NCBI GenBank assembly: GCA_047150005.1
Contig: AP038806.1
Span: forward strand, 224,001-288,000
Reading direction: 5' to 3'
Source: Nitrospira sp.
GTDB lineage: Bacteria > Nitrospirota > Nitrospiria > Nitrospirales > Nitrospiraceae
Length of the DNA stretch: 64,000 nt
Both the position numbers and the translations under genes were made by a program. The notes beneath the pieces are model-generated. The model worked only from the letters and a program-made list of their open reading frames with translations. It was not told where the DNA came from and searched no databases. This document shows, in pieces, positions 49,801 through 59,335 of the stretch (within the stretch, counting starts at the first letter, position 1; every line of letters starts with the position of its first letter).

Positions 49801-50229
49801 CATCAGCTGGAGCGCTTCGTCGTCGCTCGTCGGAATGGGATTGGTGCGATCGAGCACGTTCCAGTGACCGGCGGCGTTCCGCCGGAGCGTCAGGGTGGGC
49901 TCTTCGATCGTCAGCCGCTTGCCGACAATCTGCTTGCGAAGCAGCGGCACAAGCCGCAGGACCAGATCGAGTTTCTTGGCAGACAGGAAGACCTGATCGG
50001 AATTGCGTTCGTGAATGACGACCTGCGAGAGCTCCAGTCGGATTCTCGGAAATACGGTGAACTTGATGCGATGCACGTCGATCTTCCGACCGAGGTTCTG
50101 CTCGAGCTGCCGCAGGAAGAAATCCTTGAGGTAATCGCCGCCGGTGAAGGAGGGAGACAAAAGCAGAAACGTGATGCCGCCCACGAGGACCAGAGCAATG
50201 AAGGCGACCACCACGCGTGTGCGGGACAC
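46882..50229 (-). CDS. AsmA/YhdP-like envelope-spanning protein
   Basis: N-terminal TM, long beta-rich repeat body, AsmA-like C-terminus (FSVKGSIEDPEV). Confidence 0.82.
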   Translation of the reverse strand: MSRTRVVVAFIALVLVGGITFLLLSPSFTGGDYLKDFFLRQLEQNLGRKIDVHRIKFTVFPRIRLELSQVVIHERNSDQVFLSAKKLDLVLRLVPLLRKQIVGKRLTIEEPTLTLRRNAAGHWNVLDRTNPIPTSDDEALQLMTRMFRIKEATVIDGTIIVIDEARPDGVRTVKLESVEAALVIHLERNQADVHISADHIRDQERSSLSMAGAVRRADQQTIEMSETTRPPLLFQFEGTVEAAGLSLRELADFFGPRPVPPNVQGAVTVRSGMRLIPGVAGYDVVLSDLTAKLDPLAATGRASLSGLLTAQPTFSFTFSAAPMQLSELLQRIPPEWFHPQLPAVIEDRRINGKVEVVSATVTGSYGEGPQLSVTGEFRIREGEALIGDSHVPSKDLSAVVLVEAGRIRVTNLAGQYGTIHMTDSRGLISFLESGPWMEMEILGTMTASDLLQFLSKTVQSEQLSKTLGEARDVEGVAKPTFRLVGPLTQPGGVTFAGGEITAQQVSLSHPSLPERMTAIQGRFILAEGETQFDQVSGHLGDLTVQVQGGITGGSTSSFRDLLVRVTGDSLHLTQLLPLKHIPKGTVEGLTSVAVALRGLTTAPEMRGEVTLTESKVTWPEVLEKPVGAPATINFEGHVASKGGLTLTHIEADVPPLRLPVKGNIRLGERVSIDASLATGTVSLSTVPEWITKGGFEAGNVEVSLDVKGKGADWRMWKTNGWLALSNGLVNVRGTDGPIQDLYVRLQFNRDAAELKRLSFRLLDSDLVMEAMIRNWATKPAISGKMESNQMDLDLLIPKGERSPMREFLETLAATSRVAMTASITRGHYKHLKFGGLSARITIQDGVLDVDRISGQSTDGEIAGRIAVQLPRHEPAEAEISVRATGVPVSDILRLVGKNEGGVTGQIRITGTIRGHGRNPHGVYPTLNGKADILIENGHIFKSKERVTWKIISILNLPAVLQGKVDLEKEGLPYNKITATVTVRNGLFETENMIIDSPIVKITAAGNYDLPTDQGDMVWAVSPFGSYSQFLKTIPLFGRLFAGDRKGVATAMFSVKGSIEDPEVTYMPMKSFATGLTGLGQLAVDVLKNTVMLPIDLMTPDEDKASPKDVPAPSSP

Positions 50230-50468
50230 TCAATCTCTCCAGAAATCCGGCAGGGGCTCGTCGGCTAGATCCGCGTCCGCCCGCGTCGCGGCAGGCTGCG
50301 CACGACCCATGCGAGCTTGGAATCATCTTACCGGAGCCCGGACAAGAAATCCACCAAGTCCGCGTCGGAATTGAGAATTTTCGTCGTCGCTCCGAGAAAT
50401 TCGCTGGTGCCGTCACCGGTCGGCCGGTATAATCCGATGCCCGCCGGCCCGGCGGACGGACCGCTCAC

Positions 50469-51779
50469 GTGAACGGACACTCCACCACATCGACGCCGAT
50501 CCGCTGGCTCATTCTGGGATTGCTGTTTCTCACCAGCGTGGTGACCTACATCGATCGCGTGAACATCTCCGTCACGGCCCGCCACATGATGCCCGCGTTC
50601 GGGCTGACCGATCAGGAGATGGGCTGGGTCTTTTCCGCCTTCGTGGCCGGTTATGCGCTCTTTCAGCTGCCGGGCGGGTGGCTGGCGGACCGATGGGGCG
50701 CAAGAGCTGTCCTGACCGGCGCGCTTCTGTGGTGGTCGGTCTGCTCGGCCTTCACCGCTGTGGCGGCGACCTCGGCCTTGGCCGACATCGCCGGGATCCT
50801 CGGCGCGCTCATCGCCGTGCGGTTCATGCTCGGCGTCGGCGAGGCCGTGGCCCTCCCCTGCTTCAACCGGGCCGTCGCCAACTGGATGCCGGCCGACGCA
50901 CGAGGCGTCGGGATCGGTATCGCCATCGGTGGGATCGGCCTGGGCTCCGCCGTCACTCCCCCCATCGCCGCGTGGGTAATGGTGAATTGGGGCTGGCAGA
51001 TCGTCTTCTATCTCTCCGCGTCCATCGGCCTGGTCATGGCCTTGCTCTGGTGGACGCTGGCCCGCAACCGTCCAGACGAGCATCCCTGGGTTGGGAACGG
51101 CGTGACGAACGGGACTACGAGACCGCCGTCACCGCGTTCGAAGCCGGAGTCCCACGATCCGGTGCCCTGGCGTCGATTGGCCCACACGCCGACTGTATGG
51201 TGGCTGGTGCTCAGTTACACCTGCCTGGGGTACGTGGCCTATCTCTATTTGTCATGGTTCTATCTCTATCTCGTGAACGTGCGGGGATTCGATGTGCTGC
51301 GCGGCGGTCTCTACGGCGCTGCACCATTTGTCGCCATGCTGGTCGGCTGTCCGGTGGGCGGCTGGGTCACCGACCGGCTGGCCTCACATTACGGCGTCAC
51401 GGCCGGACGGGCGATCGCGGGGATCAGCGGCATGACGGCGGCCGGATGCGCGATCATCGCGGGAGGGTTCGCCGGCTCCCCGTTGCTCGCGATCGCGAGC
51501 CTATCCGCCGGAGCCGGGTGCCTCTATTTCACGGTCGGTGCCTACTGGGCCTCCACGACCGATCTGTCCAAGACCCACGCAGGCGCGCTGTCCGGCCTCA
51601 TGAACACCGGCGCGAACGTCGGCGGAGCGATCTCGCCGGTCCTCACACCCTGGATCGCCGGCTATTGGGGCTGGCCCCTGTCACTCGCCGCAGCCGGCAT
51701 CGTCGCCTTCACCGGCGCGGCGCTGTGGCTCCGGATCAAACCGGGGGACGGGCTGCGGGTGAACAGTGCTGAGTCCTGA
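50469..51779 (+). CDS. MFS transporter (anion:cation symporter / glucarate-like)
   Basis: YIDRVNIS, QLPGGWLADRWGAR, RFMLGVGEA, GLMNTGAN. Confidence 0.9.
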   Translation: MNGHSTTSTPIRWLILGLLFLTSVVTYIDRVNISVTARHMMPAFGLTDQEMGWVFSAFVAGYALFQLPGGWLADRWGARAVLTGALLWWSVCSAFTAVAATSALADIAGILGALIAVRFMLGVGEAVALPCFNRAVANWMPADARGVGIGIAIGGIGLGSAVTPPIAAWVMVNWGWQIVFYLSASIGLVMALLWWTLARNRPDEHPWVGNGVTNGTTRPPSPRSKPESHDPVPWRRLAHTPTVWWLVLSYTCLGYVAYLYLSWFYLYLVNVRGFDVLRGGLYGAAPFVAMLVGCPVGGWVTDRLASHYGVTAGRAIAGISGMTAAGCAIIAGGFAGSPLLAIASLSAGAGCLYFTVGAYWASTTDLSKTHAGALSGLMNTGANVGGAISPVLTPWIAGYWGWPLSLAAAGIVAFTGAALWLRIKPGDGLRVNSAES

Positions 51780-51861
51780 ATCCTGGGTGCCGAGTTATGG
51801 GCACATGCGCGCTTATAAACCGTCTCTCAGAACTCGGCTCTCAGAACTCAGCACTCAGCAC
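51765..51861. repeat. inverted heptamer tandem-repeat hairpin
   Basis: AGTGCTG AGTCCTG AATCCTG GGTGCCG AGTT ... CTCAGAA CTCGGCT CTCAGAA CTCAGCA CTCAGCA C. Confidence 0.72.
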
Positions 51862-51911
51862 AGCCCCAAGGGGTTGCCTCCGGCAAGACCACCTTGTTAC
51901 ATTCAACATTG

Positions 51912-52433
51912 ATGGCGATGGAGTTCAGAAAGATCGATCCGCGGGCCACGATCACGACCAAGTTCGGCGAGATCAAGATCCGCTTCTATCCGGACGCCGC
52001 CCCGCGGCACGTTGAGAACTTTATGAACCTGGCCAAGATGGGGTTTTACGACGGGACCACGTTTCACCGGATCGTCCCCGGCTTCGTCTTGCAAGGCGGC
52101 GATCCGCTAAGCAAGACGGGAGACCGGCGCAGCCACGGCTCCGGCGGACCGGGCTATTGGCTGAATCCCGAGCTGAGCGACCGGCCGCACAAGCGGGGCG
52201 CGATCTCCATGGCCAAGACGCCGCGCGACGGCAGCACCACCAGGGATTTCAACGACAACGGATCGCAGTTTTTCATCTGCTTGGCCGACAACAGCGGGCT
52301 CGACCGCCGCTACAGCATTTTTGGAGAAGTATTTCGAGGATTGGACGTGGTCGACAGGATCGTCGCGCTGCCGCGCGACGAATTCGACAACCCGCTCGAG
52401 CCGGTCACGATGACCGTGACGGTAAAAGACTAG
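51912..52433 (+). CDS. cyclophilin-type peptidyl-prolyl cis-trans isomerase
   Basis: APRHVENF, FYDGTTFHRIVPGFVLQGGDP, GSQFFI, YSIFGEV. Confidence 0.93.
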   Translation: MAMEFRKIDPRATITTKFGEIKIRFYPDAAPRHVENFMNLAKMGFYDGTTFHRIVPGFVLQGGDPLSKTGDRRSHGSGGPGYWLNPELSDRPHKRGAISMAKTPRDGSTTRDFNDNGSQFFICLADNSGLDRRYSIFGEVFRGLDVVDRIVALPRDEFDNPLEPVTMTVTVKD

Positions 52434-55400
52434 TTCCCGCCGACTCCCGCCGCTCCGCTTCTTCGCCGATCCAGACCCGTCTTTTGCCAGACACGACCGC
52501 GTAGCCGGCCGGAACCAGAAACAGCGTCACGATCGTGGAGACCACGAGTCCACCGATCAAGACCACGCCGATTTGCCGTCGGCTGGCCGCCCCGGCGCCG
52601 GCCGCCAAGGCGAGTGGGAGCGCGCCCAGGATCGTGGCGCTGGTCGTCATGAGGATGGGGCGCAGCCGAAGCGTCGCCGCTTCGATCACGGCGTCTACGC
52701 GGTCCATCCCCCGCCCCCGCTCGCGCAGCTGGTTGGCGAACTCGACGATCAGAATGGCGTTCTTGCTCACCAAGCCGATCAGGATGACCAGCCCGATCTG
52801 GCTGAAGATGCTGAGCGTGCCCTTGGTCAGGACCAGTGCGAGCAGGCCGCCGGTCACGGCGGGCGGCACGGTCAACAGGATGGTCAACGGATCGCGAAAG
52901 CTTTCGAACTGGGCGGACAGCACCAGATAGATGACGGCCAGTGCGAGTCCGAACGTGAAGTACATATTGCGGTTGCTTTCCGCATATTCCTTGGCTTCTC
53001 CCGCATAGGTGACGCGCATACCGGCGTTCACCAAGCTCCTGGCTTCGCGCTCGATGTAGATCAAGGCATCGCCCATGGTGAAGCCGTCGGCCAGCCCGGC
53101 ACTGAGCATCACGGCCCGCATGCGGTCCACGTGATTGAGCGATTCGGGGGCCGACTCCTCCTTGACGCTGACCACATTGCTCAATTGCACAAACTCCTCC
53201 CCGTTGCCCCGCACGTAGAGGTCGCTGATGTCCGACGGTTTCTCCCGGTGGCGGTCGTCCACCTTGACGATCACATTGTATTGCCGCCCGTTCCGAGAAA
53301 ACGTGCTCACGGCACGCCCGCTGAGCAGCGTTTCGAGCGTGCGTCCGATTATCGTCACCGACACGCCCAGATCCGCGGCTTTTGCCCGATGCGCTTCGAC
53401 GGTCAGGTGAGGCTTGTCAAGCATGAGATCGATCTCGGGTGCCACGAAGCCTGGATGCTCTGACAGCTTGCCTAAAAATATCTTCGCCGTCCGCTCCAAT
53501 TCCTGAAAGTCCACGCCGCCGATGACAAACTGAAAGGAGGCCTTTTCCGATCCTCCGTTGATCGGTGGCGGATTCATCAAGAATGCCTTCACCCCGGCCA
53601 ACTGCGGCATCAGCACATTCAATTCGGACACGAGTTCCTGTTGCGAGCGCGATCGTTCGCCCCAATCCTTGAGGGTCACCCAGCTTCCGGCACGATTGAC
53701 GATGGTTGGGCGTTCGCCGCGGCCAACGATGGTATAGACCGTGTCCACCTCCGGAATTTTCTTGATCATGGCGTCCAATTGCTGCGCATACGTGTCCGTG
53801 TAGCGGATGGTGGCACCTTGCGGAGCCGCAAGATGTCCCGCAAACCACCCCACATCCTCCATCGGCGCCAACTCGGACGGAAGACGTAGCATGATCAGCA
53901 AACTGCCAAGACTCGCTCCCACGCCGATCACCAGAATCGCGACATGCATACCCATGACCCGGACAAGTCCCTGCCGGTAGACACCCATGACTCGTCCCCA
54001 GACTCGCTCTCCGAGCGTCCGGGTCGACGGCGCGCCGGTCGCCTGTGCCAGTCGGCCGGCCATCATGGGCGTCAACGTGAGCGCGACGAATCCCGACAGT
54101 AGGACCGCCGACGCCACCGCAATGGCCAGCTCGGCAAACAAGCGTCCCACGATTCCAGTTAGAAGCGCGATTGGGATGAACACCGTCACCAGCGAAATCG
54201 TCGTCGCGATCACGGCAAACGAAATCTCTTTGGTTCCCTCGACTGCCGCCTGGATCCCCGGCATACCTTCCCCCATGCGCCGGTGGATGTTTTCGAGCAC
54301 GATGATGGCGTCATCGACCACCAGGCCGACCGCCAGAACCAGTGCCAGCAGCGTGAGCACGTTTAAAGAGCAACCGGTGAGGGCCATCACCGTGAACGTG
54401 CCGATGATGGAGGCCGGAATAGCCACCGCCGGCACCAATGTCGCCTGGACGTTGCCCAGGAAACCGAAAATCACCAGTGTGACTAGCATCAGCGAAATGC
54501 CCAGCGCGATGTACATCTCATAAAGGGAATGTTCGATGGAGACCGTGCTGTCCCACGCCACCGTCAGCGCAATACCTTCTGGCAGCATGGCCGTGATCTC
54601 CGGCAAGCGCTCTTTCACCGCGCGCGCGACCGTGAGCGCGTTGGCCTTCGATTGTTTCATGACGGCCACACCGACGCAGGGCTTGCCGTTGATCCGGCTC
54701 AGTTTGCGCGTGTCTTCCGCGGCCAACTCCACGCGGGCCACATCGCGGATTCGGACGGGATAGCCGTCCCGGTAGGCCACGATCAGATCCCCGAACTGGC
54801 TCTCAGTCTGCAGCGTACCCTTCAGCGACACGCCGAACTCCATGCGGTCGCTCTCGATGCGGCCGGACGGAATCGAGGCGTTCTGGGCGCGCAACGCTTC
54901 TTCCACGTCCTGAACCGTCAGCCGTCGCGCCGCCAGCATTCTCGGGTCCAACCAAATCCGCATGGCATAGCGTCGTTCCCCATCCATGAACACGTTCGAA
55001 ACGCCAGGGATGATCACCAGCCTGGGCTTGATGAAGCGGTCGGTAATATCCGTAATCTCGAGCTCGGAATGCCGGTTGCTCGCGACCGCCAGCCATACCA
55101 CCTCGGTGCCGTCCGAAGCCGCCTTGCTCACGATGGGTTCTTGAATCCCTAGCGGAAGCAGGGACCTGACCGAACTAATGCGGTCGCGCACATCGTTCGT
55201 GGCCGAGTCGAGATCGCGGTCAATATCGAATTCCAGCGTCACGGATGAGACTTCTTCCCGGCTGTTTGACGTAATGGACCGCAGTCCCTGGACCCCGCTG
55301 AGCACGTCTTCAAGGGTAGTCGTCACGTTCGTCTCAATGACGGAGGCTCCCGCGCCGGGATAGACCGTCCGAACCGAGACGACCGGCGGCTTGATGTCTG

Positions 55401-55512
55401 GATACTCACGAACATCGAGGCGGAGATAGCTCAAGATGCCAAAGAGCACCAGTAGCAGCGTCATGACGACTGCAAAGACGGGCCGGTGGATGGACAGGGT
55501 TGAGAGCCGCAT
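52405..55512 (-). CDS. RND efflux permease (AcrB/D/F family)
   Basis: HRPVFA, GLVVDDAIIVLENI, LTLTPMM, KNAILIVEFA, RLRPILMT. Confidence 0.95.
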   Translation of the reverse strand: MRLSTLSIHRPVFAVVMTLLLVLFGILSYLRLDVREYPDIKPPVVSVRTVYPGAGASVIETNVTTTLEDVLSGVQGLRSITSNSREEVSSVTLEFDIDRDLDSATNDVRDRISSVRSLLPLGIQEPIVSKAASDGTEVVWLAVASNRHSELEITDITDRFIKPRLVIIPGVSNVFMDGERRYAMRIWLDPRMLAARRLTVQDVEEALRAQNASIPSGRIESDRMEFGVSLKGTLQTESQFGDLIVAYRDGYPVRIRDVARVELAAEDTRKLSRINGKPCVGVAVMKQSKANALTVARAVKERLPEITAMLPEGIALTVAWDSTVSIEHSLYEMYIALGISLMLVTLVIFGFLGNVQATLVPAVAIPASIIGTFTVMALTGCSLNVLTLLALVLAVGLVVDDAIIVLENIHRRMGEGMPGIQAAVEGTKEISFAVIATTISLVTVFIPIALLTGIVGRLFAELAIAVASAVLLSGFVALTLTPMMAGRLAQATGAPSTRTLGERVWGRVMGVYRQGLVRVMGMHVAILVIGVGASLGSLLIMLRLPSELAPMEDVGWFAGHLAAPQGATIRYTDTYAQQLDAMIKKIPEVDTVYTIVGRGERPTIVNRAGSWVTLKDWGERSRSQQELVSELNVLMPQLAGVKAFLMNPPPINGGSEKASFQFVIGGVDFQELERTAKIFLGKLSEHPGFVAPEIDLMLDKPHLTVEAHRAKAADLGVSVTIIGRTLETLLSGRAVSTFSRNGRQYNVIVKVDDRHREKPSDISDLYVRGNGEEFVQLSNVVSVKEESAPESLNHVDRMRAVMLSAGLADGFTMGDALIYIEREARSLVNAGMRVTYAGEAKEYAESNRNMYFTFGLALAVIYLVLSAQFESFRDPLTILLTVPPAVTGGLLALVLTKGTLSIFSQIGLVILIGLVSKNAILIVEFANQLRERGRGMDRVDAVIEAATLRLRPILMTTSATILGALPLALAAGAGAASRRQIGVVLIGGLVVSTIVTLFLVPAGYAVVSGKRRVWIGEEAERRESAGTSLLPSRSS

Positions 55513-55572
55513 GTGGGTTTGAACGACGGGAGGACTGTCTGAAACGTTAAAACCTTCGCCGTATCCGGATTG

Positions 55573-56631
55573 TCATTTGGGCACGACGGCCATGCCGTCC
55601 TGAAGTTTATGGGTACCGGTGCGGACGATCTGATCCCCGGCCGATAGGCCTTCCTTTACTTGGACCATCCCGTGCTCATGCGCGCCAGTCACCAGTCCGG
55701 TCAGGCGGGCCGTCCCGTCCTGAACACGGAAGACCGTCGACTGGTCGCGCTGCACAAACACAGCCTCTTCCGGAATAAGCACGGCACGGATATCCTGGCC
55801 AAGCGTCACATCGACCGTCGCGAACAATCCGGGCCGAAGCCGGCCGTCTTGATTCGGCACGATCGCCCTCACAAAGATCGTGCGGTTCACCGAATCGACA
55901 CGCGGATCGATGGCCGTCACTATGCCCCGGAAGGTCACCCCCGGAAAAGCATCGGTCATCACGAGGACCGCCTGATTGATCGAAAGCCGGCTCAGCCAGA
56001 CCTCCGGTACTTTGAAGTCCACATGCAGCGTCTGCAGGTCCTCGAGATTGACCAGGTCCTGCCCCGGCTGCACGTAGTCGCCGACTGAAACACGGCGCAG
56101 TCCCACCATCCCGGAAAAAGGCGCTTTGATCATGGTCTTTTTCAAGCGGGTACTGAACAACACGCTGTTAGCAGCGGCAGCTTGCAGGGCGAGCCGTGCT
56201 TCGTCCACCTGCTGAGCCGGCACAATCGTGGTCTGCTGAGCTGAAAGCCTTCTGAGCCGTTCATACGTCAGTTGGGCAAGCCGTTCCTGAGCCACTGCCT
56301 GGCTGGCTTGCGCCTGCAGCTCTTCTTGATCTAACTCCACGAGCGGCGTCATACGGTCGACCAATTGCCCGTCGGAAAAATGAATCTTGCGGATAATGCC
56401 TGGAATTTCTGGCCGGATCGTGATCGAGGCAATCGCCTGCAGGGTCCCGACCGCCTGAATCGATTCGTTGATGGCACCGAGGGTCGCTTGGGATATTTCG
56501 ACTACCGTCGATTTGCTCGAGATTTCCCGCCCGACCGCGGACTCATTGACGGAACGGTCCCACGATCGCACAACCAGAATGACGGCCAGTGCCGCTACCA
56601 CAAGGAGTATCGATAATCCCTTTATCGTCAT
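55573..56631 (-). CDS. RND periplasmic adaptor (membrane fusion protein)
   Basis: IKAPFSGMVG, VDFKVPE, IDPRVD, LRPGLFA, GLSAGDQIV. Confidence 0.93.
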   Translation of the reverse strand: MTIKGLSILLVVAALAVILVVRSWDRSVNESAVGREISSKSTVVEISQATLGAINESIQAVGTLQAIASITIRPEIPGIIRKIHFSDGQLVDRMTPLVELDQEELQAQASQAVAQERLAQLTYERLRRLSAQQTTIVPAQQVDEARLALQAAAANSVLFSTRLKKTMIKAPFSGMVGLRRVSVGDYVQPGQDLVNLEDLQTLHVDFKVPEVWLSRLSINQAVLVMTDAFPGVTFRGIVTAIDPRVDSVNRTIFVRAIVPNQDGRLRPGLFATVDVTLGQDIRAVLIPEEAVFVQRDQSTVFRVQDGTARLTGLVTGAHEHGMVQVKEGLSAGDQIVRTGTHKLQDGMAVVPK

Positions 56632-56657
56632 CGCCTCACATCGGTTCTACGCGCGAA

Positions 56658-59207
56658 TCAGTTGAACTCCAGCTTGATCGACCCCAGCACGGTGAGCGGA
56701 GCCCCGGTATAGATGATCTCGCGGAAGTTCTGAGCCCCCACGAAATACCGCTGGTCCAGGAGATTCGTGAAGTTGATCGCCGCCAGCAGGTTGGTCCTCG
56801 TAAAGACCTCCGGCTTACGATAGTAAAGAGCCGCGTCCATGCGCACGAATCCAGGCAATTGAAACTGGGCCTGACAGTCGGCCGGATTCTGACACTGGAG
56901 CAGCCCCTGCCGTTGCCCTTGGGCATACATGCCGATACCGGCCCCGAACCCTTTGATCAATCCCTCTTGGAAGAAGTAGGTCGTCCAGACGCTTCCTTGA
57001 TGCAGCGGCGCGCTCGGCAATCGGCTGCCGACTTGGAACAAATTGTCCTGGGTGACTCGCGCGTCGATATAGGCGTAGTTTGCAATGATGTCCCAGCCCG
57101 GCATGACTCGACCCGCGACATCGAACTCGACGCCCTTGCTTCGTTGCTCCCCTGTGGCGATCGAGAACCCGGAGCCGGGCCCCTGACTGACGTCCGGTGT
57201 GAGCACGTTGGTTTTCATAATATCGAACACGGCGACCGTTGATCGCAATCTCCCCTCGAACGCTTGGAATTTGGCGCCTGCCTCGTATTGCGTTCCTCGC
57301 TCCGGTTTGAACAATTGTCCGTCGACTCCTCGGGCGATGGAGGATTGCGGGAGAAATGAGCGAGTGTAATCGGCGAACAGCGCGATGGATTTGATGGGCT
57401 GGTACGTTAAGCCGATCGACGGACTGAACGCGTTGTCGGACTGCGTGTCGGTCCCTCCGTCCGGACTGAACACGCTTGGCCGATTGATTTGCTTCTGTTC
57501 AAAAACATCGAATCGACCGCCTGCATGGAGATGCAGATTGTCGAGCAGGTCGATTTGATCACCGGCGTAAATACCCATGATGTTGTTCGTCGTCGAGGTG
57601 TCGGACTGCAGGTCTAATGGATTCGACACGAAGGAGTAGACCGGATCATAGATGTTGATGGTGTTCAACGGCGCGGCACCGGCAGTATCGGAATATTGCT
57701 GCTGGCTGGCGTTTTCCCTTCCCAGCTCCACGCCCATCATCAGCTTGTGCTTCAGAGGCCCGGTCATGACGTTTCCATGCAACTCGTTCTGCCAGTAGTA
57801 GCTCTGAACAAGCGTCGGAATTTGAAACTGGGCCAACTGCAGAATGCCGGTCGCGTCGTCCATGAACCACGATTCAAGACTGTTGTATTTTTCGGATGAA
57901 ACAGCAGCACGAAACGCGCTGCGAACCTTCCATGAATCGTTGAGTTGATGAAACATTATCAAGGTCGCTTTCCCTTGATTAATCTCTCCCCGTTTGGTTG
58001 GATCGCCGAGGAATCGGCTGACCGGAATGTTGGCCGGACCGTCGCCCACCGCCACAAGGCCGCGATCAATGGGTGACTTGTCGTAAAGATATTCGCCTTC
58101 GAAGCGAAACGTAGTCCGTGAGCCAAGTTCCCACCCGAATGTCGGCGTAAGGAAAATACGCTCGGTCTTGACGCCTTGACGATAGCTCTCGGCATTTTCA
58201 TAAACACCGTTGAACCGGTAGGTCAACGTCTTGCTCTCGTTGATTGGACCGCCGATATCCATGTTCGGGCGGTACAAATTGTAACTGCCGATGATCATTT
58301 CCCCGGAGTAATAGTTGTTGCGGAGGGGGGTTTTCGTAGTCTGGTTGATGATACCGCCTGGATCAGCCCGGCCGAACAAGTAGGAGGGAGGTCCCTTGAC
58401 GACCTCGATGCTCTCGATGTTGGCCACATCTCGGGCCGCACGCGCTGCAAACGTGCTGTCTTCCCGGAAGCCGTTCTTGAACACGTTGGTGTCGCTCCTG
58501 AAGCCGCGGATCATGAAATCGCCGGCTCGACCGCCCTGCGTACTGGGCATCGAGGTTCCGCTGATGTTGCGAAGCGCATCGTTCATACGAATCAGTTTCT
58601 GATCGTCCATGACCTGTCTCGTAACCGTTTCCACAGAACGGGGGAGATCTTGAACAGGGACTGGAAGACGGGTCGCCGTCGTAACCTCATCGGTCGTATA
58701 GGAATCGCTCCGTTCCTTCACGTCCTTGACAATCACCTCCGGCACCTTGACCGGCTTGGACTCCGCCTGATCGAAGAATTCCGGTTGAGGCTCAGGCTGT
58801 ACGGGCTGAGCCTGACTTTCCAGTGGTACCACCTCCGGAGAGGCCTGGACCAGGGTGATGGTCGCAGCATTCGTATACCGATAGGTCACTCCCGTACCGA
58901 CGAGGAGCGTTTGCAACGCGGAATCCGGCGTATACATTCCACTCACCCCCCCGGTGGTCGCCCCCGAGGTCAAATGTGACGGGTAGCTCACTTGGACCCC
59001 GGAGGTTTCGGCAAATGAATTCAATGCCGAGGTCAATGATTGCGGAGGAATGTTGAACGACACGGGGGCCGCCTGATGGGAGGAGGGTGAGGCCGCCTGT
59101 GCGAGTTGCGGCCACGTTCCCATGGCCAGGATCAAAATCAAGCAGGATCGAGCAAACCGCGGATGCCGCCACCCTTTCGGCGCGACATTGTCAGCTGGAT
59201 TCGTCAT
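56658..59207 (-). CDS. TonB-dependent siderophore receptor with N-terminal STN signalling domain
   Basis: FNIPPQSLTSAL...GVSGMYTPDSALQTLL (STN), IRGF, IEVVKGP, PGGIIN, NLLDQRY, C-terminal F; start 59207 approximate. Confidence 0.94.
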   Translation of the reverse strand: MTNPADNVAPKGWRHPRFARSCLILILAMGTWPQLAQAASPSSHQAAPVSFNIPPQSLTSALNSFAETSGVQVSYPSHLTSGATTGGVSGMYTPDSALQTLLVGTGVTYRYTNAATITLVQASPEVVPLESQAQPVQPEPQPEFFDQAESKPVKVPEVIVKDVKERSDSYTTDEVTTATRLPVPVQDLPRSVETVTRQVMDDQKLIRMNDALRNISGTSMPSTQGGRAGDFMIRGFRSDTNVFKNGFREDSTFAARAARDVANIESIEVVKGPPSYLFGRADPGGIINQTTKTPLRNNYYSGEMIIGSYNLYRPNMDIGGPINESKTLTYRFNGVYENAESYRQGVKTERIFLTPTFGWELGSRTTFRFEGEYLYDKSPIDRGLVAVGDGPANIPVSRFLGDPTKRGEINQGKATLIMFHQLNDSWKVRSAFRAAVSSEKYNSLESWFMDDATGILQLAQFQIPTLVQSYYWQNELHGNVMTGPLKHKLMMGVELGRENASQQQYSDTAGAAPLNTINIYDPVYSFVSNPLDLQSDTSTTNNIMGIYAGDQIDLLDNLHLHAGGRFDVFEQKQINRPSVFSPDGGTDTQSDNAFSPSIGLTYQPIKSIALFADYTRSFLPQSSIARGVDGQLFKPERGTQYEAGAKFQAFEGRLRSTVAVFDIMKTNVLTPDVSQGPGSGFSIATGEQRSKGVEFDVAGRVMPGWDIIANYAYIDARVTQDNLFQVGSRLPSAPLHQGSVWTTYFFQEGLIKGFGAGIGMYAQGQRQGLLQCQNPADCQAQFQLPGFVRMDAALYYRKPEVFTRTNLLAAINFTNLLDQRYFVGAQNFREIIYTGAPLTVLGSIKLEFN

Positions 59208-59277
59208 ATTCCCTTCCCCCAGAAGATAAGTCCGTATCGTGCGAAAAATGCAGCGAACGAACCGGCCGCCCCCATAT

Positions 59278-59302
59278 GACGGAATACGAGAGGAGTCCCT
59301 CA
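59278..59302 (-). promoter_or_regulatory. putative ECF sigma promoter upstream of receptor
   Basis: TGAGGGACT-N10-TCCGTC, repeated at 60400-60424. Confidence 0.6.
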
Positions 59303-59335
59303 CGTCGCTTGCAAATTTTTTGTGGTGGGAAGGCC

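Noticed and set aside
43625..51861. Heptamer arrays as CRISPR
   Set aside because: 7-nt tandem units without unique spacers; no cas genes
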